A DNA stretch of 54,477 bases from a virus (Duplodnaviria > Caudoviricetes): IMG/VR virus record IMGVR_UViG_3300017956_000016, positions 1 through 54,477 of that record; one strand, given 5' to 3'. Positions within the stretch are counted from its first letter, which is position 1. Each line of letters opens with the position of its first letter. The notes under the pieces were generated by a model that saw nothing but the letters and a program-made list of their open reading frames with translations, did not search any database and was not told where the DNA came from. Below, one piece after another: positions 47,986-54,477 of the stretch. The position numbers and the translations under genes are program-made.

Positions 47986-48405
47986 TTACGCTTTCTCCAG
48001 CACGAAATCTACTTCTTTAATAATTTGCTCTCCGATAATTGTGTAAGTAAGTTTGACTTCAATCTGATTGTTGTCATACCCATCACGCACATCAACTCCT
48101 CTTACGGAGATTCTCCTTTCAAAGCGAGAGAGTGTTGATCTGATCTCGTCTTTAATTGCCTCTCCAGTAAACACATCATACGGCTCAAATAGCAATGCAT
48201 TTACTCTAGATCCAACGTTATGCTGGAAAGGTCTTTCTCCAAGTGCTGTTTTCACAAGATTCATGACGGACTGCTTGATGGCATTCTCGTTTTTGACAGC
48301 ACCAAAGTCGCGGGTATTTGGATTGGAATTAAACGTCATGTTAAAATCCCGATACCCGCGACTTACGTTTTTGTCTGACTTAAACTTATAGGGCATTAGT
48401 GCCAA
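47986..48405 (-). CDS. gp25: Baseplate wedge subunit
   Basis: YRDFNMTF..NP, NENAIKQSVMNLV.T..GERPF...GS...LLFEP and FERRI motifs; directly upstream of gp6. Confidence 0.93.
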   Translation of the reverse strand: MALMPYKFKSDKNVSRGYRDFNMTFNSNPNTRDFGAVKNENAIKQSVMNLVKTALGERPFQHNVGSRVNALLFEPYDVFTGEAIKDEIRSTLSRFERRISVRGVDVRDGYDNNQIEVKLTYTIIGEQIIKEVDFVLEKA

Positions 48406-48587
48406 CGCTCAACGAAATCGTCAAACCCATTTTTACCACCACACCATTTTGAATAACGATCTTTGGGCGGATCGTTGGGGTGCTTATGCACCTTACCCAG
48501 GTATTTATCACTTCTAGGGTCGGTGATTAACACCATTCCCGACTTGATAAATTCGTTGCCTTGATCTGGAATAGGGTGATTTGCCAT
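48396..48587 (-). CDS. Hypothetical protein (63 aa)
   Basis: Strong AAGGAG Shine-Dalgarno, downstream of a perfect late promoter, overlapping the gp25 start. Confidence 0.7.
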   Translation of the reverse strand: MANHPIPDQGNEFIKSGMVLITDPRSDKYLGKVHKHPNDPPKDRYSKWCGGKNGFDDFVERWH

Positions 48588-48643
48588 CTGTCTCTCCTTT
48601 AGGGGTCAACAGAACTTTTATAGTGGTTTCTATCACTACGAAT

Positions 48644-49168
48644 TTATTTATAGTCCCAGGGCCAGTGGTTATTTGGTTTCTCCCACCAAAAATGTAAGTC
48701 TGTCATATAATCGTCATAATAGAGTGACACAAAGTCGCTCTTAAACTTGCTAAGCATATTTTCGCAAAGAGCAACAGTATAATAATTCTTCTCTACAAAC
48801 TTTTCCATGGTATTGGTAATCCAAGTGTAGTTGCTACCTCGGATTACCCCTGCCTCAATCAACACAAAATTTTTCCAATCTAATACCCACTCTGCAAAGT
48901 TTAACTCAAAGTTAATTTTGTATTGTTGTGCATCCTCATCTGGGAATGGGACGTTAACTGACTCAATATGAAAAATCTCCCCATCCATACTCAGACCGTG
49001 AGACAGAAGTTGCGTCACGATGCCTGAGTAGTCTGGGGAGACACAAAGAAAGCAGGTCTTACTCGGATGAATGTCTGGTTTAGACACTTTAATCTTATAG
49101 ATCATCTCTTCTATAAGTGCCATCTCTTGCTCTCTAGAGATGTAGAGTAAGTCTCTGCCGTTTGTCAT
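48644..49168 (-). CDS. Phosphoribosyltransferase-fold-like protein with degenerate PRPP loop (174 aa)
   Basis: FVLIEAGVIRGSNY resembles the type I PRTase hhhhDDhhxTGxT loop, and LHFWWE resembles the Gpt-type FPWE end. The ORF is secure; the fold call is an inference. Confidence 0.55.
   Translation of the reverse strand: MTNGRDLLYISREQEMALIEEMIYKIKVSKPDIHPSKTCFLCVSPDYSGIVTQLLSHGLSMDGEIFHIESVNVPFPDEDAQQYKINFELNFAEWVLDWKNFVLIEAGVIRGSNYTWITNTMEKFVEKNYYTVALCENMLSKFKSDFVSLYYDDYMTDLHFWWEKPNNHWPWDYK
48645..48652 (-). promoter_or_regulatory. T4 late promoter (TATAAATA) heading the gp25-gp6-gp7 operon
   Basis: Perfect TATAAATA overlapping the end of the upstream gene. Confidence 0.85.
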
Positions 49169-49344
49169 TAGAATAGATTCAGTTGATTGTTTTCGGTTTT
49201 ATAGGTCGGTGGGTGAAAAGCACAATACTCGTTGAATGTGATTTTCATTTCCTTCCAAGAAAGATTGCAATTCTCTGCTGCTTTGGGGACATTCCATTTG
49301 GCAGAGAAAAGCATCTCCATAGACTTTCTAGTCTCAGGTCTCAT
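49168..49344 (-). CDS. Small hypothetical protein, possible HTH-like (58 aa)
   Basis: Below the track cutoff. Manual translation MRPETRKSMEMLFSAKWNVPKAAENCNLSWKEMKITFNEYCAFHPPTYKTENNQLNLF. ATGA and TAATG overlaps with both neighbours. Confidence 0.75.
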   Translation of the reverse strand: MRPETRKSMEMLFSAKWNVPKAAENCNLSWKEMKITFNEYCAFHPPTYKTENNQLNLF

Positions 49345-49490
49345 TTCTTACCCTGACCACGATAACGCTTCTTGCGACCGTTGCGAGAGGAAGCACCAAG
49401 GTGAGTATTCTTAGAGCAACCTTGACGAGTTTTCTTGGGGGGACCTTCGGTATAATTGCTGCGGACAAGTCCAACTTTTGCCTTTGCCAT
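49341..49490 (-). CDS. Small highly basic protein (49 aa), likely nucleic-acid binding
   Basis: Below the track cutoff. MAKAKVGLVRSNYTEGPPKKTRQGCSKNTHLGASSRNGRKKRYRGQGKK, with GAGG Shine-Dalgarno and an upstream promoter. Confidence 0.8.
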   Translation of the reverse strand: MAKAKVGLVRSNYTEGPPKKTRQGCSKNTHLGASSRNGRKKRYRGQGKK

Positions 49491-49513
49491 GAGTGACCTC
49501 AAACTACCCACTA

Positions 49514-49542
49514 ATTATACATCATCCAGACCAAACTGTCAT
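49514..49542 (-). promoter_or_regulatory. Sigma70-type promoter ATGACA-N17-TATAAT
   Basis: 5/6 match at -35, perfect -10 and 17-nt spacer, 23 nt upstream of the ATG at 49490. The -10 also reads TATAATTA, one mismatch from the late promoter. Confidence 0.6.
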
Positions 49543-50052
49543 CGACCCATAAGCAACAACACTACTGCAGGGGTATGACCATCCTGGGAATCCGACGCCC
49601 AATGGATCAAGAATCCTTATGACAAGTCTCTTGAGTGCAAACGTGAAAATGGTGGTCGGATATGCCGTCCTAGAGTGTCCAATCCCTTTATCCTCTAGAG
49701 TTAGCACAGAGCATGGAATAGGGGTCGGCACGGGGCATACAGCGTTGCCACAGGGGCACATGTAGATGATGATGTTTGTGCATGTGCTCGGGTGGGGAAT
49801 AAATGTGTCTCCAGCAAGCATGATCGGAAATCCATGCACCAAAACAGTTGCTCTGTCTGGCGTAATTGGAAAAATGGGGATCAGAGACAGAGGTGGCCAC
49901 CAACAAGAGTATTCCTTGATTTTAATTGTCCTAGGAATAGGAGGACTACCACAAGATTGGGTGCTATGCACCACAGGAGGCAAACAGAGTCCATGTCCTG
50001 AGCAAGGAAGACCGTTTAGGGCGGCAACAGGTTTTAGAAGTCCTAATGGCAT
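49522..50052 (-). CDS. PAAR-like baseplate spike-tip protein, Cys/Pro-rich (gp5.4-like)
   Basis: Pattern CSGHG...TVLVHGFPIMLAGDTFIPH...GHSR...T.F....V.RILDPL...CSSVVAYGSMTV matches the PAAR architecture with His/Cys metal ligands. Confidence 0.7.
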   Translation of the reverse strand: MPLGLLKPVAALNGLPCSGHGLCLPPVVHSTQSCGSPPIPRTIKIKEYSCWWPPLSLIPIFPITPDRATVLVHGFPIMLAGDTFIPHPSTCTNIIIYMCPCGNAVCPVPTPIPCSVLTLEDKGIGHSRTAYPTTIFTFALKRLVIRILDPLGVGFPGWSYPCSSVVAYGSMTVWSG

Positions 50053-53000
50053 TAAGTTACACCTCCGATTGTCCTGCCATCGGTATATGGGTATTCATCT
50101 TGACACTCATCGAAGTAGGGGTTGCCCAAATTACGAAGTGTGCGACCGAGTGCTGTTGTGCCACCACTAAGATAATTCAATACCTTAAAGGTGCCAGAAT
50201 ACGGTCCCATCTTCATTCTATATTTACCAGTTGTTATTCTACTAGGGTCAATAGCAATAGAAACGTCGGCAACACTCTCTAGAGCGTTACAGGAGTGGCA
50301 GAGACCCGTCCCTGTGCTGCTCTGACCCGCAAAGAAGAGAGAATATGCTGTAGATGATGTCGGATGCGATATTTCGTAATAAGTCTCACCAGCAATACCA
50401 TTTCCATTCGCATCATAACCACAAAATACATCCAATGGACCATCTGTGTTAGTCCCCTTCCTCACATAGCGGTCCCAGCAGTCCTCAGGGATGCCTAAGG
50501 GGTCTGTTGGGCATTGATTGTTGTTTACAGTGATTGCTGTGTATGATGCAGAGTCTGTGCCAGCGACAAAACCCTCTGCATCGGCAGTTGGATCTGTGGG
50601 ACTGTAAGAATAGGTGGTCCAGAATCCATAAGTGGAGTTTGGGGTGTATCCAGCAACGTTATCTCCCAACCAAAGTTGGAATTGCTCCAATTCTGTAAAA
50701 TTACTGCGATTGTAGTCAAATGTATTTTCATCTAGACCAGTTGGGACGAAAACTAGGTCACTAGAGTTGTTGGGATCACGATAACATCTTCCTTGGACGG
50801 TGCCACGACTACAATTCCAAGTTTTCTTGCCACCAGCAAGTTTTCGCCTTTCTGTCAAGCGTGGTTTTGGTAAATTATTCAAAAATTCCATAAATGCTTG
50901 ACCCTGAGAGCCTTTTGTAGTGCCCTCAATGCTCATATGCACTTGGAATTGTGCTTCTTCCTCTTTTGAGGCACAATATTTGTAAGGAAGGTATCCATAT
51001 GCGACAGTTTTGCCATATGTGCGAGAATTTTCGTCCTCATCTGCCGCCATATAGGCACATGGCATCTGAAACCACTTCTTGATGTTGTAAATTATCGGTT
51101 GATCGACGTAAATGCAACGATTTCCACCAAAAGCACCGTAGAGACCATTCAATTCATTGCTTCTGCCCTCAATTCCCTCCAATTCTGACCCAACACGAGA
51201 GTGATACTTGGTTTGATACTCAGCAGCACCGTCATTTTGCGCCAAAACGTCAAACATTGACGCTGGTGGGAATGCATCAGTCAATGGAAGACCCATTCTG
51301 ATGTCAATACAGTCAGCAGGAAGCGATTGGCACATTGCAAACTTGCCATCTGGGTCAACTTCCGCCAATTCCATGTAAGTGACAGGCACATTTGTGGTGC
51401 TTCCCTCAGTTAAAGCACCAAAACTTTGCTTAATGATGTTTTGGTAGTCACTCATGTCGGTCCCGAGGTTGTCAGAATTCAACATCGAGCTTAAAGCGTC
51501 TGGTGTTGCCTTAATATCATCGGATGTAATCTTAGTTTCGACCGTAATTTGACTTCCCTGCTCAGCAATGTAGACTATTGGCGGGTTTTGGGGGTCATAT
51601 CCCCTCCCTCTCTTCGTAATTACGATCTTTCGGATCACACCAGACGGAGAAATGTCTGCAATTTTTGCTTCTGCCGCTTCATATTGCAAAACTGTGTCAA
51701 ATTCTCGGTCAGCTCTGCCATATTTGCGAGAAGCTTTGGTCAAAATACCCCTTTGAGAGTTTCTTGTCCCCCTTGCAGTCTCAGGTTCGGGGAATTGATT
51801 GATCCCATCCTTGTATGCAGACTTAAATCCACGTCTAACATTCTGTGCAGTGTCCTCTGCAGAGTATTCTTCCAACTGTTGTGGGTCAGAAATCACCAAA
51901 ATGGGGTTGATGTAACCAACACCACCATTGATAATGCGGATTTCAGTAACTTCACCCTCTGTATTGACCACTGCTTCTGCCTCAGCAAGGTCCAAAGTGC
52001 GGGTTGGGATCAGTGCTGATGGGTCAATCTTGACTTTATAGTATTGAATATTCTTTTCAAACTCATAAACACCCCAAAATGCGACCTTATCTGGGATTCC
52101 ATACCCCGACAAGACCACTGCAGTCGCTCCATCAGCAGCAGTTATGCTCTGATTGTAGCTAAATTTGTTTCCATCAGAGCCATTATACCTTCCCAACTCC
52201 ATATAACCGCACTTCATCTTGTCTCCGAAGTAGAAAACGCGGTTAATTATCCATCCTTGGAAGATTTCACCCTTCCTAAAACTACCAGAAGACGAGGTAT
52301 AGCGGAAAAATATAGTGCGATCATCAGTCCCAGCAGTCTGAAACGACTCTTCTACTCCAGATCCAGCGTTTCCTTCTAGGGTGATGGTGGATTTTGTGGT
52401 CTTCCAAGCATCTTCGCGGATCTGATAGAAGTGAGAATAGAATTCTCGGTTGGGAATACAGCATGGATAGCTTCTTGTAGTGCCTTGACCGTCATCAGCA
52501 GTGCATGTTGAGTTGGGACAACATGCCCTATCACTCAATTCATACTGAATTCCGAAGAGAGGACCATTCCAAGGGTATGATGTGTCATACAAATAATACA
52601 TGAATTGGGAATCATACCCAAATTGGAATCCCAAAAACCTTGGGACAGCACCTTTGATGGCGCCATTCAGTCCATACAACCATTCAAAGTTTGCTTGTGT
52701 GTCCAAAATAGAGACACCAGACCCTCCACCATGGACATCCCCAACAGGCCAACCGTATCCATCAGTAGCAGGAGTGCCAATATTGCTATTTCTTCTGTAT
52801 CTGTCGTAGGTGTGAGTGGTTTGATTCCATGCATACCACCCAGATTTGTCAATACATTGTCCTGTAGGACCAATTTTACCAATGTCAATGATTTGTTTCT
52901 TCTGAGCATCCAGAGAATCTGTGCGAAAAACATAGCAAAGGATGCCCTGATACCCATATTCGCCATTCATGGCGTCTTTGGGGGGCACAGGACCGCCACT

Positions 53001-53675
53001 CAGGTTGACTTCTTGAGATGGGTCAATGGTATAGAAGTTGTCAGACTCGGCAGATCCGTTGTGAATGACGTTATCTTTGAAATAGTGATACAGTGGGAGG
53101 ATGTTTTCACCAGATCCTAGGTAGTCTGCAGCGTCTGCAGCATTGGTAAACACATATCCTAACTTGCCAACTAACTGATAACTAGCATTGTTATCACTAG
53201 CAGGAGGAGTAGCAGATAATGTAAGAATAGAATCATCATTACTTCTTCCTCTATAATAACTATAGAGCGGCACAGAGTTACCAACTTGTTTCTTAAGAAT
53301 AAAGAACGCAGGAATATCCCCTGATCGGGGCTCGGGGTTGTATCCCCTCAGGACTTTACGCCACTCCTCGTTATCACCTACAGCATCCTCTTCTCTGAGT
53401 TGCTCTCTGTTGGTATACTTGTGATCGTATTTTGCGCCGCGATACCATCTGTAGATCGGTTGGCGACTATACTTAAAACAATCTCCTACACAGGTAGGCT
53501 CTTCATCGCCAATGTAGTGGACATTATCCCTGCCGAGCGGCATCGACCCAGGACCCTGATCAAGGAAGGAGAGTGTGTATGAAGACCCATCGTAATCGAT
53601 CATGGGTCTTTCATAATCTTCTCCGTCTACAGGGTTGGGGAAACTACGACCAGTTTCAAGGATATAGGCGGGCAT
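50052..53675 (-). CDS. Large Cys-rich putative virion protein with DUF5648-like repeats (1207 aa)
   Basis: Three P(I/L)Y(R/S/H)xY...D(H/N)xYT-type repeats near the N-terminus and two I.NGGVGY..P.LVI / TKRGRGY..PPIVYI modules shared with baseplate proteins. TAATG-coupled to the PAAR-like gene. Confidence 0.7.
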   Translation of the reverse strand: MPAYILETGRSFPNPVDGEDYERPMIDYDGSSYTLSFLDQGPGSMPLGRDNVHYIGDEEPTCVGDCFKYSRQPIYRWYRGAKYDHKYTNREQLREEDAVGDNEEWRKVLRGYNPEPRSGDIPAFFILKKQVGNSVPLYSYYRGRSNDDSILTLSATPPASDNNASYQLVGKLGYVFTNAADAADYLGSGENILPLYHYFKDNVIHNGSAESDNFYTIDPSQEVNLSGGPVPPKDAMNGEYGYQGILCYVFRTDSLDAQKKQIIDIGKIGPTGQCIDKSGWYAWNQTTHTYDRYRRNSNIGTPATDGYGWPVGDVHGGGSGVSILDTQANFEWLYGLNGAIKGAVPRFLGFQFGYDSQFMYYLYDTSYPWNGPLFGIQYELSDRACCPNSTCTADDGQGTTRSYPCCIPNREFYSHFYQIREDAWKTTKSTITLEGNAGSGVEESFQTAGTDDRTIFFRYTSSSGSFRKGEIFQGWIINRVFYFGDKMKCGYMELGRYNGSDGNKFSYNQSITAADGATAVVLSGYGIPDKVAFWGVYEFEKNIQYYKVKIDPSALIPTRTLDLAEAEAVVNTEGEVTEIRIINGGVGYINPILVISDPQQLEEYSAEDTAQNVRRGFKSAYKDGINQFPEPETARGTRNSQRGILTKASRKYGRADREFDTVLQYEAAEAKIADISPSGVIRKIVITKRGRGYDPQNPPIVYIAEQGSQITVETKITSDDIKATPDALSSMLNSDNLGTDMSDYQNIIKQSFGALTEGSTTNVPVTYMELAEVDPDGKFAMCQSLPADCIDIRMGLPLTDAFPPASMFDVLAQNDGAAEYQTKYHSRVGSELEGIEGRSNELNGLYGAFGGNRCIYVDQPIIYNIKKWFQMPCAYMAADEDENSRTYGKTVAYGYLPYKYCASKEEEAQFQVHMSIEGTTKGSQGQAFMEFLNNLPKPRLTERRKLAGGKKTWNCSRGTVQGRCYRDPNNSSDLVFVPTGLDENTFDYNRSNFTELEQFQLWLGDNVAGYTPNSTYGFWTTYSYSPTDPTADAEGFVAGTDSASYTAITVNNNQCPTDPLGIPEDCWDRYVRKGTNTDGPLDVFCGYDANGNGIAGETYYEISHPTSSTAYSLFFAGQSSTGTGLCHSCNALESVADVSIAIDPSRITTGKYRMKMGPYSGTFKVLNYLSGGTTALGRTLRNLGNPYFDECQDEYPYTDGRTIGGVT

Positions 53676-53680
53676 TCATG

Positions 53681-53956
53681 TTATTGAGCTTCCAGTTTAT
53701 TTAGACGCTCATACAGATCATCCAGGATCTCTTTGATGTTGAGATACTTGTCGCTTCCTGGTGGTTTGTATTGTATCATGTCCGCCGAAGGCGGCGGCAA
53801 TTTGGAAAGAGCACCCTCACACTGAGCAACACGCTTTGAAAGATTCTCGATTGCTTTGCCCACCTGTGTCAGTAAATACGCTAACTGATCAACCTCACTC
53901 TCCCCTTGGGGTGTAGTAGGATTCCCTGCAGGGTCATTGTAACTAATTGGATTCAT
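53681..53956 (-). CDS. Small coiled-coil hypothetical protein (91 aa)
   Basis: Two amphipathic helices around MIQYKPPG...YLNIKEILDDLYERLN; fits the operon spacing. Confidence 0.7.
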   Translation of the reverse strand: MNPISYNDPAGNPTTPQGESEVDQLAYLLTQVGKAIENLSKRVAQCEGALSKLPPPSADMIQYKPPGSDKYLNIKEILDDLYERLNKLEAQ

Positions 53957-53995
53957 TGGGTTAAACGCGGTTTTGGTTTTTCGCGGATTTTGTAA

Positions 53996-54169
53996 TTACT
54001 CAGAAACTGACTTCCGAATAATGATAGATCCGTCCACTTCCTCGGAGTATTCTAATTCATCCCCACAGACCCATCCAGTTTCATCAAGTAACTCGTCGGG
54101 AAGTGTGATGAAGCAATCTCCATGCTCATCTTCCTCTACTGGAAGGATATATCTTTTACTCATAGTCAT
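53996..54169 (-). CDS. AbrB/MazE/SpoVT-family DNA-binding protein (about 57 aa)
   Basis: FITLPDELLDETGW..GDELEY.....SIIIRK is the AbrB swapped-hairpin signature. Start reassigned to the ATG at 54169 (AGGT Shine-Dalgarno) rather than the TTG at 54202. Confidence 0.75.
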   Translation of the reverse strand: MTMSKRYILPVEEDEHGDCFITLPDELLDETGWVCGDELEYSEEVDGSIIIRKSVSE

Positions 54170-54238
54170 TGCAATACCTGTCAAATGTATGTAGTAAAAC
54201 AAGAAATTGACAATATATGCAAATAGTGATGAGACTGA

Positions 54239-54355
54239 CTATTTGCCCTTGAAGCGTGTTAGAAGTGCCTTGTAGGCGATTCTAGAGGTCTCTGAGAGGG
54301 TAATCAGAATATATTCTATTTGCTCTTTCATCGAGACCCTGTGGGAGATTTTCAT
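54239..54355 (-). CDS. Possible small helical peptide (38 aa)
   Basis: Manual translation MKISHRVSMKEQIEYILITLSETSRIAYKALLTRFKGK. Same strand as neighbours and amphipathic, but short with no canonical Shine-Dalgarno. Confidence 0.4.
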   Translation of the reverse strand: MKISHRVSMKEQIEYILITLSETSRIAYKALLTRFKGK

Positions 54356-54477
54356 ACCCCCAAAATTTTTTTCAGTGGGGGGGACCCGTAGTTTCATTTG
54401 ATTTCCCTCGGAATAACTCGAAGTCGATGCTATACTTTTGTAGGTTAGCGATAGGGAAGTTTTTATATATCAACCCC

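Noticed and set aside
54186-54201. NtcA-like site TGT-N10-ACA upstream of the AbrB-like gene
   Set aside because: Reads GTA-N8-AAC rather than GTA-N8-TAC. Such a short match is expected by chance in AT-rich DNA.
54207-54235. Plus-strand promoter starting with a perfect TTGACA
   Set aside because: No acceptable -10 hexamer at 16-18 nt spacing.
1-54477. tRNA, rRNA, integrase, transposase or classic auxiliary metabolic genes (psbA, hli, cpeT, pebS)
   Set aside because: None recognised. Intergenic gaps are mostly too short, and no cloverleaf or matching protein motifs were seen by eye.

Overview
This window is the virion-structure region of a T4-like myovirus, very likely a marine cyanophage. 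That assignment is an inference from gene order, the giant gp7, the DUF4815/VrlC-like protein and NATAAATA late promoters. All credible genes are on the minus strand. In transcription order (high to low coordinates): small ORFs including an AbrB-like regulator, a Cys-rich 1207-aa protein, a PAAR-like spike protein, a cassette of small genes with a PRTase-fold protein, gp25, gp6, a 6792-aa gp7, a YHYH protein, a gp9/gp10-type fibre ending in a blue-copper-like domain, a 613-aa structural protein, gp8, a 2481-aa DUF4815 protein, two small coiled-coil proteins, a 2250-aa tail fibre, gp13, gp14, gp15, gp16 and a truncated DUF3008-type protein. The most striking signal is inside gp7 (about 28500-33950): roughly eight phycobiliprotein-like (globin-fold) domains. 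Most keep a cysteine at the alpha/beta-84 bilin site (CxRD/CxxD), five helices keep a cysteine at the beta-155-like site, and the domains appear nested inside one another. This suggests a virion baseplate that could carry bilin chromophores. All homology calls were made by eye from recalled motifs. No searches were run, so novelty is unverified.
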